Source: Folioceros fuciformis | Taxonomy: Eukaryota | Length of the DNA stretch: 46,623 nucleotides | Direction: 5' to 3' | Assembly: GCA_049999805.1 (NCBI GenBank) | Contig: JBNGIO010006104.1 | Span: 62,771 to 109,393, forward strand | Part shown: piece after piece, positions 22,700 through 36,500 of the stretch | How the letters are laid out: every line of letters begins with the position of its first letter | How positions within the stretch are numbered: position 1 is the first letter of the stretch | Made by a program: the position numbers and the translations under genes | Notes under the pieces: generated by a model | The model's database searches: none | The model's input: the letters and a program-made list of their open reading frames with translations, nothing else | What the model was told of the DNA's origin: nothing

Positions 22700-25600
22700 A
22701 TGGCGGGATGTGCACACATTTGGCACGCTCTGCTCTTGCTGCTCCTCGTCTCCGCACTTGGTAGCTGCCCGGCCTTGGCTCAATCCTCCTCCGCCCCAGG
22801 TACGCCTTAACGCCATATTCCCTGCAATTCCGCTGTGCAGGCCAAGCTCCCAGACTCGCACCCTGAAGCGCTCTCTGCCCATGCACAGCTGCGGCCGATA
22901 ACATCAGCATTGCCTGCGGCAGCTCGTCTTCCTTCACCGATGACGGCGTGCTCTGGGTCCCCGACATTCCCTACGTCTTTGCCGGGAGAGCCGCTAATGT
23001 GCCCAACACCGACCCCATTCATTCCTGGAGCAGGTTGAGATACTTCCCTGATGGCCGCAAGAATTGTTTCCAGGTCCCCCTGCAAAATGGAATTCGGTAC
23101 CTCGTTCGGGCCACCTTTCTGTACGGCCGCTATGACACGCAAAACTCTCCTCCGCGCTTCGGAGTGGCCGTCGACGCCACGTATGTACGCGATATATGGC
23201 TGCAGCAGATTACAATGCCCCTCTCAGATCTGCAGGCGATGGAGCTTATTTTCACTGCTCCCCAGGCCAATGTGAGCTTCTGCTTGGTTTCCCTTCCCGG
23301 CGGGGGCTCACCTGTCATATCCAGTCTGCAATTCAGGCCGTTGCTGCCTGCCGATTACTTTGCCTTTAATGCGACTTCCACCATGTATGATCTAGTGTAT
23401 CGCCTTTCCTGCGGCGGGTACGTCTGCTTCACCGACCAACGGGATTCTAGACGTATCATCATGGTGTGGTGTGGGTTTATTAGGACTTGTTAGGTCGATG
23501 GATCACAGGTGCATATGTGTGACACGGGGTTCTGTACGATGCTCCTTGGTGGCGTTTGGTGGTGCTCTATCGCAATCGTCAGCTCGTGTATGCATGGCCT
23601 AATGGTGGGATGCTTGGTTGTAGGGATGTCTTCAACACGTCCGGTCCCACCTGGTCACCTAGCAACTCTACGAGCAGTATCGGTAACTCCACCGACTGCG
23701 GTGTATGTGTACAGGAGCGGATTGGCGTGGAATTCATTTCCATATTGTGTTACTCGAGCCGGATTGATTTCGTTATGTCAATCAGCAATAGCTCTGCCCA
23801 TCATGTTATCCTCTATTTGTCGGAGCTATACTGGTCGTCACCTCCAGCCGAGAACATAGAAATTTTTGTGAATGGCGAGCTGCAATTTCTAGGCGCCGAT
23901 TTCCCCAGCTCAAACTCCAGTGGGCCTTCAGTTACTCCTACACGAGAGCTGTGGTTGCATCAGGATGTGACAGCTGCTGGTGGTTTGCTTAACCTCTCTT
24001 TTGTGTACCAAACTGGTTCTCCGGTTACTGGGTCTCCACTGGATGCTTTCGAGGTCTACAGTACCCTGCCCATGGCTGTGCCTACTCGTCAAGATGATGG
24101 TAAAGCTGTCGTTTTCAAGAGCTAGTTCCCATTATTGCAATGGCACCGTCCTTCGTGCAATTGTGTGCTTCGTCGCTAAATAGAAGTTGGAGGTCGTGGT
24201 CATATCTGTACAAGCAGGGACATGTGGTTTTGGTCTCACTGGCCGGACGTTACGAACCTGAATCGTGATAGCGTCTTCTGACTGCGTAGAGGCATGTGTA
24301 TTTGCAGTCCTAGGCCTGCTGCAGTTCAGGAGCAGCTTCCGCATCTACCCTGGGTTAGGAGATCCATGCCTTCCGACAGGCAGTGAGTGGGATGGGGTGA
24401 CATGCTCCCTGGATACGGGTCAACCAACGGTTACCACTTTGTAAGTGTGCCCTGTCCTGTGTGCTCATTGGAATTCAAGTGGACTACTAGAGTGTCTTGG
24501 GAACTATGTTATGCAGAGGGAGTGTTGTAGGTACCGTAGCATGTCTTAGCATGAATTTCCTGACCTGATCTGTTGTGAGTTGTGCAGGAATTTGGCTGAC
24601 TCAGAACTCATAGGCCCTCTACCTAGTGATCTAAACTTACTTATCTACCTCGAAAATCTGTAAGTTATCAAGCATCTGCGCAGTGTATGTGTTAATACTA
24701 GTGGCCGGGGCTTACGTGATGTCCTGGCAGTTGGCTTGGCAATAACTTTCTCACAGGTCCTATACCAGACGCATCAAATCTGTCAAGATTGAGTTCCTTG
24801 TACGTTTCTTCTACTCGTGCTGTTGTACTTACTGTCTAGCCGTTGAGTAGAGAGCAGAGTGTTGGTGAACAGATTCCGTGGGCCATTTGCAGAGACCTTC
24901 ATGGGAATGAGTTGAGTGGCACGATCCCAGACTATATTTTCAGCCTCCCACGTCTGAGATCTGTGTAAGTTCGCTAAAGTGTGTGCATCTTCGAGTTGGA
25001 TACGGTGGGTGTACCGGGTGCCTCCTTTGTGGCGTGTGCGCTTCAGCTGTGCAGTTGTCATTTTGGATGTTGTGCAGTTCATTGCAGCAAAACAATTTGA
25101 GTGGTAGCATTTCCTCCTCCCGTTTGCGATCCCTGAATGATTTAAAGGTTCAGTACAAGTAAGTGAGATGATACTTGCAGCCTTGTGTGCCTCGCACTTT
25201 GCACATGTAGTCATTACTCACTGAATCGTCGTTTGTTGAATTTCGATGGCTTGCCAGTTTCACAGGGAACCCCTACCTTTTCCTCTCTAGTATTCCTTCA
25301 GGGAGCAAACACATGAAGATTCTCGTAGGAGCTTTAGTTGGGGGTATCGGGTTTTGTTTGCTAGTGGTAGTGGGAGGATTCGTGGTGTGCTGCATAAGTA
25401 AGCACAGTGTCGAGGTTTCTGAAAAGGGGACTTCCTTGTTGTCTCGGTCACCCCCAAACTGTAAGTATACATGTGTTCCCTGATTGTTTGGCATTGTGAA
25501 GAGTGATGTAAGAGCCTATAAGATGATTCTGTTCGTTTTGACTTCTGCAGACGTCATGAAACCTCTTAGTTTGCCAGTGGAGTTCGATTGGTTGCCGGGT

Positions 25601-27119
25601 GAGGTGCAGCAATTCTCCCTGAAGGAGGTAGAGTCGGCAACCAACAATTTTAAAAGCATGATTGGTGAAGGTGGGTTTGGTTCTGTATTCTATGGAACAC
25701 TGCCTGATGGGCAGGCTGTGGCTGTCAAAGTTCGGTCGGCATCTTCTCACCAAGGAGCACGTGAATTCTATTCAGAGGTAACATTGTCCCCGTTTGTGCA
25801 CTGCCAGCACTATAATTTGGCTTGCCAGGCAAGACACTCACCCGAACTTCGCTTTTCTGGTTGGTTGGAACTCAGATCAATCTTTTGAAGAAAGTGCGGC
25901 ATGAGAACTTAGTTCCACTCATCGGCTCTTGCTCGGATGGAGATTGCCAGATACTTGTTTATCCGTACATGTCCAACGGTTCTCTGCAGGACCGGCTGTA
26001 TGGTACGCACTTTTGAGTTTTTTGCAACGTCTGGATGGTATTTTGCCTTCTTATGGGTGTCAACTTGACCTTGACACTGAAATGTATGCAGGTGAAGCTG
26101 CTCGCCGGAAATCTCTTGACTGGCAGACTCGTCTCACCATTGCCTTGGGAGCTGCACGAGGTTGTGTGATATGTCCGCAGCATTTTCAATGTTATTTTTT
26201 GTGGTGTACATTTGTCATATTGATCATTGATTATGTATGCACTATCGTTGGCTGCTGTGGGGCATGCAGGCCTTTACTTCCTGCACACTGGAGGCGATCG
26301 TTGTATCATACACAGAGATGTTAAGTCTAGTAACATACTCCTTGACCACAGAATGGTTGCCAAAGTGGCAGATTTTGGGCTTTCAAAGTATGCTCCCCAG
26401 GAAGGGGACAGTCTGGTATCTACGGAAGTTAGAGGCACGGCAGGTTATCTTGACCCAGAGTAAGCTCTCGATATGAAAGAAATTCAGTGGTCGTTACTTG
26501 GTGCAGGAGAGCCGGGGCTAATCTTGATGGGTTGTTTCGAGTGCAGGTACTACGCTACACAACAGCTGACCGATAAGAGTGATGTGTTTAGCTTTGGTAT
26601 TGTTCTTTTAGAAATTATATGTGGTCGTGAGCCTCTGAATATTCACCGGCCACGGCCAGAATGGAGTTTGGTGGAGTGGGTACGTACCGAAGTGGTTTGC
26701 ATTTTGGTTGACGCATGACCACCTGACAGTGTGGGTGTTTGGAAGTAAGAGACTGAGGTTTGGTTGTGGACCCACAGGCAAGGCCATTCATTCGAGAGCA
26801 GAGACTGCAGGAAATAGTGGATCCTGCAATCAGCGGAAGCTACACTGCTGAGGCCATGTGGCGAGTGCTGGAGATTGCAATATGCAGTGTGGAGCCTCAT
26901 GCAATCCATCGCCCTACTATGGGTGACATAATTCGGGAGCTGGACGATGCCTTGATCATAGAGAACAACGCGTCACAATATATGGCATCGGCGCAAAGCC
27001 TGGACTCGCTGTGTTTGTCAGTAACCGACATCAGGATTCCTTCCAACTTTCCACCAGCGTTTCCGTTGGATCCATCCGCTGTGTTCTCGGATACATTAGA
27101 GTCCCCGGACCCGAGATAA
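22700..27119 (+). CDS. SYMRK: Symbiosis receptor-like kinase (SYMRK/DMI2/NORK-type malectin-like LRR receptor kinase), multi-exon
   Basis: Signal peptide, malectin-like domain ([27 protein letters not shown]), GDPC motif, LRR exons and a transmembrane segment. The kinase has SYMRK-typical segments [59 protein letters not shown] and [12 protein letters not shown]. Confidence 0.9.
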
Positions 27120-27852
27120 GATGACCGATGCCAGCCTGGCCGAGCCTAGGCCAGGCCAGCCCTGCTCAGCAGTTGCTGCTGCTGCATCGCATGAGCTGCT
27201 GTGCCGCTGGTTGGACCTTGTACAAGGTGAGATTGTGGTTTTTTTAAAACTTGATTTTGAGGGTGCTGTTGGAGAACGAGCCCTGTGTGTGTGGTTGATG
27301 GTTACGTCGGCTGTTTTTGTTGGTACGTACTGTGCAGAAGGTAAAGAAAGGTTGGTTTGTCGGGATATGAGGCTAGGCCAGCCTCATCCTTCCAGGTCGG
27401 CTCTGGACCGAGTGTAGAGGATGGCAAATGATAAAAATGGAATCCAAGCAAAAAAATCAAGCATGTAGAGAATATGCACTTAGGTCACGTAGATACTACA
27501 TGGTGAGAGGGAGCCGGGCATGAAGGAAGGAGTAGGTGAACGCTGGTGTCCTGTGCAGGACCCGCTTGATTGTGTGATATTATTCCAATCCCAAAAAAGT
27601 TCATTCGGCACATATCCCTCCCTCGCCGTCCCGGAGGTACAGTACGGCTGTATACGTAGGTAATTTGCGGGGCGTCGTTTTCGACGACGAGTGTTGTTGC
27701 TGGGGAGTGCTTGTGTCAGTTCGGTTCAGGCCCCGGGAGTGGTGGAAGACAACAACATCTTTAGGGACCATTGGCGTGTGAAGGGATGTGGATATTTAAT
27801 GACGATTGTAAAGCATTTCGATTCAGGGGTAGGTACCTATTGGTCGGTGAGA

Positions 27853-30047
27853 TCAGGTTGTTGCCGGCTGCTGCTCCAGAAATCGGTGCAGGTCCGACAG
27901 GTCGAGATCGCGAGACACAGCCGGCGGCGAGAGCAGAAAGGAATGCAGGAGGGTCTGCGCCATTTCGAGGCACGCGCCAGCCCGTGAACCCTGCAGGTTG
28001 AGCGCCAGGTTAGGGTTGTGGATGCTTTGCCGAAGATGCACCCAGCCCGTGTTCTCCACCTGTGCGCGGTACATGTGCGCGTCCAACCCGGGCGGCGGTG
28101 TATCCGCGGGCAAAGGTGAGTCTGGCTCCCAGTCCACCAGGCAACCGTCGCTAACCCAACAGTCTCCACATTCCCCCAGCTTCCAATCCCCGCCGTTCTC
28201 CTGGCTCACCACTAGGAATCTCCGGAAGGCTTCCACCAGCTCAGCGCCACGCCGCTTAACATGCTGAGGAGCCGACAGGATGTGGATTCGCAGCTCCACG
28301 CTCTCCCCGGCCGGCGGCTCCTCCAGATCCGCGATCACCTGTCCGAGCGCCGCCTGGGCATCCCGCAGCCGCAGCCGCACCAGGTGGATGATGATCTTCA
28401 CTGCGCTGTAGGCGCCGTCGTCCAGGAAGTAATTCTCCGCCATGGCGCCGTGGCCGGAGGTCTCCATCATGAGCGGCGCCGGGACGCCGCTCGCGTTCAG
28501 CTGCACTCCCTTGTTGATAACGTTGCGGTAGCCGACACGGAAGAGGCAGTGCGTACCCCCGCGCCGCTCGATGAAGGCGGAGAGGCCGTCGCTGGTGCGC
28601 GCGTCCGTCACTATCGTGGCTCTCTCCTTCTCTTCTCCGCGCTCCTCTAGCACTATGGCCGCTAGCAGGGCGATGAGGCGGTCGCCGTTGATGACCCGCC
28701 CCTCCTGATCCACCACGCCGCTGCGATCCACGTCCGTGTCGAACACCACTCCCAGATCCGCCTTGCTCCGCAGCACCGCCTCCACCGTGGCCGCCATCGC
28801 CTTCTTGTCCTCCGGATTCGGAGCGTGGTTGGGGAACAGCCCGTCCGGATCCAGGTGCAAGCTCCCGCTCACGTCCGCTCCCAACGGCGCCAGCACGTCG
28901 CGCGCGAAGAAGCCGCCTGACCCATTCCCCGCGTTCACCACCAGCTTCAGCCCCTGCAGCGGCCTGTCGCGAAGCTCTGGATCCGGATGCGCCACTCCCT
29001 TCTTGATCACTTCCCGCAGATGCGCTGCGTACGCCGCCATCACCGGCACACCCGGCAGCCCGGGCGCGAGGAAATGAGGAGACGCATTCTTGGCAGCGTC
29101 ACGACCCGCCCCGAGGCAGATGGCCTCGATGTCGGCCACGTCCAACCCGCCCCGGGGTGTGAAGAATTTCAGTCCATTCCGCGCGAAGGGGAGATGCGAG
29201 GCCGTGAGCTGATCACACACAACTCGTGCGATTTAATGAAGTGACTCGTGCTGAAGAAAGAACTTCAAAAACAGTCAATGAAATGAGACTTTGCCTCCCA
29301 ACAAGGCAAGGCATTTGTAGGATGGTCCCGCGGCAAACAAAGGACTCGCACACAGATCATGGCGTTGCAACAAGGTCATGCTCTAGGTATGTACATTGAT
29401 TGAAATGGAAGGCGGAGGTGAGCGGATACCATGATGGAGGCGTCGAAGAGGAAGCCGGGGAGCACGGTGCTCATGAAGCAGGCAGGGGTAGTGGCGAGGC
29501 CCATGTCGAAGACGACGCACCCGGAGGATTGCAGGCCGGCAGCCATGGCAGCCAGGAGAGACGGCCCGCTGAGACGCGGATCGCGACCGACCGAGACGCG
29601 CACTTGAGACGTCTCCCCGTCCCGATTCGATGCCACCCAGCGGCCGAAGGCGGCCCCGATGTGGAACACGGCAGCCGGGGTGAGCGTGACGCTGCGCCCG
29701 GGCTCCCCCTCCATGGCCACGCCGCGGATGTCCGACCCGTTCTGCAGCCGGAGGATCTCCGCGTCTACCTGCTCTTCCTCCTCCTGCAGCGCAGGGGATC
29801 TTGCCGCCGCGGAGGCAGCTCGCGGCCATCTGCTTCTTCCTCCCCCTCCTGTTCGTGCCGGCGAGGCCGCACACGACATGGAAACGGAAACAGGCGCAGA
29901 CACAGAAACAGGAGCCGGCATCGGCATCGGAATCCGCATCTGCAGCCACGGCCATGGCGTTGTCCGAGCAGGATGGGAGCAGTGAGGAAGAGGCAACGAA
30001 GGCGAGGGAGACGCTACGGCCGCGGCATTTCCGACGCCAACCGCCAT
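27853..30047 (-). CDS. Alpha-D-phosphohexomutase (phosphoglucomutase/phosphomannomutase-like) with probable plastid transit peptide; exons 30047-29430, 29208-27853
   Basis: LQNGSDIRGVA, GRDPRLSG, catalytic TASH, NGLKFFT, metal-binding FDTDVDR and ETSGH. One phase-0 intron. Confidence 0.93.
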
Positions 30048-30471
30048 CTCCTCCTCCTCGCTTGTTTCCTTCCTTGCTGGCTTTACGACCTTGACGTGCG
30101 GAGCGGAAGCGGAGCTTGAGAGGCGGGTCTGAAGGAGTGTTCTTTATATCTCTACTTCGGGACAGGACGGGGCAAGGCGGGGGAGGCGGGACCACTGCGG
30201 GGCAGACAGTCAAGCAGATATTTGTTTCACGACAGTGTGCCGACTCTCGGGACGTCTCGCCTCGGCTCCTCTTCTCGTCTCGTCGCCTGAGGAGGAGGAA
30301 GGAGGCCGTGTGTTTGGTGAATGAGAGACACTGTGAATATGTATAGGCTACAGGCTCAAGCTCATGGGACGGTGTGTTGGAGGGGGAAGGATGAGGAGGG
30401 TGTTGCTGTTGTGTGAGAGTGCAGCGTCGACTGCCGAGCAGCCGGAGCCGGCCACCAACCAATAAGATAGG

Positions 30472-33400
30472 ATGGGACGCAAGCAGCGGCGCGTGTGCCT
30501 GGGCCTGCGCTGCCTGGTTCTCGTCCCGCTTCTCATCCTGCTGCTGCCGGGGCCAGGGCCGTCGTCGGCGCCCTGGGGAACTTGGCCCTGGAATCAGAAT
30601 CCCGGCGAGAATCGGAATGCGCATCAAACGGCTGACACCATCTTCACCGATGCAAGCTTCTGGACCGGGGATCCTGCGCGGCCATGGGCCCAGGCCCTGG
30701 CTGTGCGCCGAGGCCGCGTCCTCTGCCTCGGCTCTGCTGCGCACGTCGCGGTTGGCTTGCTTTCTTTTTTTGCCTTTGCATTTTCAGCTGTGCTGCTATG
30801 CGCTTGCCTGCGGTGACCATGAGCTAATCTTCCTGCTGTTGCTGCTGGTGCATCAGGAGTGTGCAGGACCCGAGACTGAGGTGGTGCCCTTGGCTTCCGC
30901 GTTTGTCACCCCGGGCTTTATCGATTCCCATGTCCACTTCATCCTAGGCGGCCTCCAGGTCAGTGGCAGCGTGTTTTTGCTCGTGCACTGCAGGCCAAGC
31001 CAGGTTAACATGACAGGGACACTCAACTCTTTTCCTCCTTCAGATGCTGAAGCTGGACCTCCGTCACGCGCACACCCAAGAGCAGTTTGTCAACCTCGTT
31101 AAGTCGGCCCTGCAAGGTTCTGCATTCCGCCTTGCATGCCTAGTTGCTGTGTCGGATATCCCCACTCGTTCTTGGTCTCATTCCGCATGTACTTGCTCTT
31201 CCTCTCATCAGCTGCTCCCCCTCGCCACTGGCTGCTGGGCTCTGGCTGGAGCAACGACCGCTGGGGCGGGAACCTTCCTTCAGCCTCCTGGATCGATTCT
31301 GTCTCCCCGCATAATCCGGTACTAGGTTTTGCAACCATCTTTGGGCCATTTCTGCGGAGCTCTGCTGTCGCATCACTTCATGTTCATCTCTGTCTGTCCG
31401 GTGTACGAATCTTTCCAGATATGGCTGACACGAGTCGATGGCCACATGGGGTTGGCGAACACACTCGCTCTGGCCATCAGCGGAATAACTTCTGCCACGC
31501 TAGACCCCGAGGGAGGGAGGATTGCCAGGGACAAGTCTGGAGGTACCACTCTCCCTCCTCTCAGTCCCAACTCGTCACGCCCCGTATAACTGAAACCGTG
31601 CGAAATGTTCTCAGAGTTGTGTATGTTGTGACTTGGCCCGTCTCTCAGCTCCCACTGGTGTGCTCATTGATTCGGCAATGACCCTAGTCACCACCCCTTC
31701 TTCAAGTATGTCCAGGGAGGATCGCAGGGCTGCACTGACACGAGCGACTGAGGCCGCATGGGCTCGAGGAGTGACCTCAATTGTGGACTTTGGGGCTGTG
31801 CTGCCTGGTGACACATCAATGCAGGCTTGGAAAGACCTGGAAGGTGACAAGGACATTCAACGCCCCTCTTCTCGATCCTACCATACTATTGTTCCTTACA
31901 TTTCATCCTCCACCGTGATTCCTTTTTAGAGGTGTACATGTGGGCGGATTCGAAGGGAATCTTGGGAGTACGGGTGTCCGTGTTCCTCCCACTGCGCACA
32001 TGGCCTTCAGTGGTGGTAAGAGTTGGGGTGACAGGTTGCTAGTCCTATTGGCACTATGTTGGGGAACATGCTATCCTGTCCCATCTATAAACCTGGTCTC
32101 AGAACCTGTTGTTTTGTTTTGCTTGTGAAGAGCAGGCCCTGGTGAGAGACAGAGGCCACCAATTAAGTGAGTGGCTTCGTGTTGGTGGGGTTAAAGCTTT
32201 TGCAGATGGGTCCCTGGGATCTAGCAGTGCTTTGTTTCATGAGGTAAGAGAATGTTGTGTCTCCCGATATGTGAAGTCGTTTCTCCGGTCTTGGTTCTTG
32301 GTTGGTTGGCCACCATCATCAGATTGGTACTGGCTTATGCTTGTTGATGTCGTTGAATCACCTGATACTGCAGGCATATGAAGACGACCCACAAAATTTT
32401 GGACTTCGCCTCGATGAGAAGCATCAGCTCGCAGAGGCCATTTTGAATGCAGATGCCCATGGTCTTCAGGTAATGGGGTGCATACAATTTGTTCCCACCC
32501 TGTTTGCTTTCTTAACAGCATTCGTGTGGACTCTAATTCGTGAAATGCTTGTGATTGAAGGTAGCAGTGCATGCCATTGGGGATGCAGCAGTCGATGAAG
32601 TTCTGACTGCATATGAAGCTGCGATTTCAGCCAATGGACCAAGAGATCGACGCCTGAGAGTCAGTCAGTGTGTCTGCCTTTCCTGGTTGTTCAAGATGCA
32701 GTGATGCTCCAGAGGAGTCTCAAGTGGCGGGTGTATGTGGTGCAGATTGAGCACTGTCAGCATTTATCAGCAGGAGCGCCTGCCAGGTTCGGTGCCGCCG
32801 GTGTGATAGCCTCAATGCAGGTGGGGCTGTCATCCTGGTAGATGTATCGGTGGATGATGCAGTCATCCGAAGTACTGAGAGCATGGTGTTGTGCAGCCCC
32901 AGCACCTGGAGGACGACGTGGTGGTTGCCGAAAAGAAGCTAGGGCTGGATCGTGCTCGGAGGGGATCATATTTGTTTCGGTCACTGCTGGGGAACGGAAC
33001 ACGCGTCGCTTTAGGATCAGACTGGACGGTCAGTGCAGTGATTCGATAGGATATTCTGTTGTGAGGTAGTAGCACCAGTATGCGTTTGCCAGAACTGAAA
33101 TGCGTCAAATCTACCTTCCTTATCTGTCAACAGGTTGCACCGCTGGATCCTCTGGGCGGGATGCGAGCAGCCATCACAAGACGAGCGACTGGAAGCCTTG
33201 CTAAGTGGATGCCTGAAGAAAGCCTAACCGAAGAAGCTGCCTTGATCGGGTGAGGGAGCGTAACTACATGACGTCATACTACTAGTCATTCGTTATTCCA
33301 TCTATCCCCGAATGTTTTCTCAAGATCCCTCAAGCACATCCGTTCTAGCCCACCCAGGATAAGCGTACCTGGAGCTCACGATCTTGCTGTTGGCTGCTGC

Positions 33401-33586
33401 TGGCGGGCACACAGGTACACGGCTGCAGCTGCATACGCAGCTGGCACTGAGTCGGACGTGGGTTCCTTGGAGGTCGGCAAGTATGCAGACTTCGTGGTTC
33501 TATCCAGGAGCCCATTGGAAAGATCCGAGGATCCCATGTCCCTTGTGGCTACATATGTGGGAGGTAGTGCTGTCTTCAGGGCCTGA
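30472..33586 (+). CDS. LAF3: Amidohydrolase-3 family protein, LONG AFTER FAR-RED 3-like, multi-exon
   Basis: N-terminal hydrophobic anchor, then PGFIDSHVH, RVDGHMGLAN, VKAFADGSLGSSSALF, AVHAIGD, IEHCQH, ALGSDWTVAP and GSLEVGKYADFVVL. Confidence 0.88.
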
Positions 33587-36500
33587 TCGGCGTGTTGTAT
33601 ATAAAAAAAAAACTCTTACATGATATGTAATTGCCCATGTAGATCCGAAGGTACGTAGAAGATGGACATGTTCCCCCTCCCAGGCTCCAGCTACGAAGCT
33701 ATGGAGTGGGGAAAAGGGTTTTCTAACGGCAATGCTGCAGTGGCCTGCCGATTGGCGCTTCTCCTTTCCCTTGGTTTCAAAAAGGACAAAGGAGGGCACG
33801 CGACCTGAGCAGAGCCGCTCGTGCACTTGCCGGCGGTCGGGGCAGATACTGTCACTTCCTGACTGGTGAGCTCAGTCTGGCAGCGCAGCGTGCGGGAGAG
33901 GAGGAGCTCGGCATGTGCAAGGCAATTGCCTTACCGTGCCGTGTCGCCTCCAGTCGGACTTCTGCCGTCCCGACTCCAACGCGAAGCTGCTCGCCTCGTC
34001 TCTCACATTTAACGCAAAGCAGGCTGCAAGCAGCGAGCGCTCTGCCCGGCCGACCCGTTATGAGCCTAACTCCATGACCCGAACCGTGACCAGCTTCCGC
34101 GATGGAGCCATCCATTCCAGCTGCACCTTCGCCTTGCGATGACCATGACGACGCAGGTTGGGGTAGGTACACTACTACTACATGCATTGCAAAGCAAGCT
34201 GTCCCCCGTCTTGTTTTCCTCTTGCAACCTTGATGCGACTTTCTGCCTGTGGCTGTGCCTGCCTGCCTGCCTGAGGGCATCAATTTGTTGAGGATGACAG
34301 GATAAGACAGGACTAGACTGGACTGGACAGGTCAGGACAGGACAGGACGGGTGTGTTAATTTTTGGACCGCTGCTTGCAGACGCGCACGACTTCGAGATT
34401 CCCAGCCTGGACGCGGGCAAACACAGAAAATCTGGTGATTCCTCCACAAAATCGCCGCACAGGGTAGGAGTGGAAGTCGGCCGGCCATCTTTTCTGATTC
34501 AGAGTCGGTGCTGTCTTTGCCTACCAGTGCTAACAGTGTGTTCTGCTGTCAATCAATGTCGATGTGATATGTGTGTTAGGCCAGTAGCACAGGTACCGGT
34601 GAGAACCTATACCTGGGACCGCATGGAACCCCTCCCAGGCAGCAGCAGGAGACCGCATACTCAGCTGGTGGGAGCAGCAGCGGAAAAAAGCAGCGGCTCA
34701 AGAACAAGCTCAAACTCAAGGATGCCAAAAGATCAGGTGGTGGCGCTGCGCTGGGACGTTAAAACAACTTACGCTGGTCGTTTCATTCCAACCAAACTAG
34801 CGGCCCCATCCTACTTCCGACTCGGTGATTCAATAGTCTATTACACACTACTTCTATCGATTTAATGGCCTCACACTAGGCACTATGTTCGGTTCACAAC
34901 TTCACCCGGTTACTGTTTTCTTGAGGAAAATTTTATCATTTAATTCGTTCAAATGTATCTTATTTTCTGGGCGCCCAGCTTGGTAATAAACTACCCATGA
35001 TCGTGCTGCACTCATGCCTAGCAAAACAGTGTTGCCTAGCAAAATTGAAATAAAATAATTCAAGTATAAATTATATGTAAATTTATAAATATAATCTATA
35101 TAATTTATAAATTAAGGAATTTTATAATATTTAGATCTTTTAATACAGATAAATATTATACTAAGTATATTACATATTGATCCACTTACTTCAAAGAAGC
35201 TTGCAAATCTTGTCTACACTTTTTATTTTACTTGATTTAAGTAAACCCCATAACATGTTTACAATAAAAAATAATCTTGAAGATTGTGACCCAATAGTAC
35301 TTTCACCATGGTAATTAGTACTTAATAGTGACTTGATTGTAGATTAGATATTGTCACAAATGTTGTCCTTAAAACCAATGGGCCATGGTTGAGGACTTCT
35401 ACAAATTTCTCAACCCATGTGCCTAATCCTACCATTTCCATAGGCATTTCATGAGGAGGTGTCCCTATCTTCCTTAGCACTTACATGGTTTCTCTCTATG
35501 CCGGTTCTCTTTTAGGTGCATATCAACACTTTAAGAGGTGCACCTATTATAATTGTAGAGCACAATCTTTTTCCTATTCTTGAATGGTTTGGAAAACCTT
35601 TCTTAGTCTAGCTTACAATGTTTCTGAAACCAAGCATTAGGCACCTCAAGGCAAGGAGCACAGATGCTCCTTATCACCTTCCTCGTCATGTCCTTTTTAG
35701 TTGACATGTCCCCTTCCAAATGGGTTCATTCCTTATTCTCATAAGAGACTATCTTTTGTGGTAACCAACACAATAATTGAATACAATAAAAATTGAAAAA
35801 AAATAATCCACATAACAATAAAAGATAGCTAGTAAAAGAGTTAAAAATAATAGTATAGATAACTAACAATACTAAGAGATCTTTGACAAAGGTAAAAATG
35901 AAGACTCTACTATAAATTTATAAAAAGATGCATATATATAAAATAATAAAAATAAAAACTAAAACAACCAAAACGTAAACAAACGAAAAGCCCTTAGATC
36001 TATGGAGAGAACTTGATACTAAGAGGTATTGAACTATGAAGCTTAGTGCAGCCCCTTTTGAAAAAAGACAAAAAAACAAAAACAAAAATAAAAAAAAAGA
36101 GGAAGCCAAAAGGGGAAAAAGCAAACTTCATACTATCAAGCCAGAATAGAGCTGCAGCCGGGACAATGAGACAATGTGAGACAATATCCGTATATTATCC
36201 ACATTCTTGCTCGTCTTTCTAAACCATATCTTAAGTGATATCATTTCTTATTGCTCTAAATCACATTTAAAGTGCCAACAACGTGCTACTTCACGTAGCA
36301 AAGGCAAAATCGGTGAACAACTCCAACCAGAATGATGGATTGAAACAATATTCTTCAAAGAATATATCATACAAATTACACATAAAGTTCAGAGCATCGG
36401 AAGAACAGCGAAGACGCATAACAATGTTCTGACCCGGCGCACCAGGTCTTACAAACGCCCGGCTTGGGCCACCTGTGATACACAAACAGCAAACATGTTG

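Noticed and set aside
29383-30744. 453-aa minus-strand ORF across the mutase/LAF3 junction
   Set aside because: It is a low-complexity alternative frame in very GC-rich DNA that overlaps two well-supported genes.
33852-34283. Possible small signalling peptide or conserved miRNA precursor
   Set aside because: No CEP/CLE motif with a signal peptide and no conserved miRNA sequence that I recognise.
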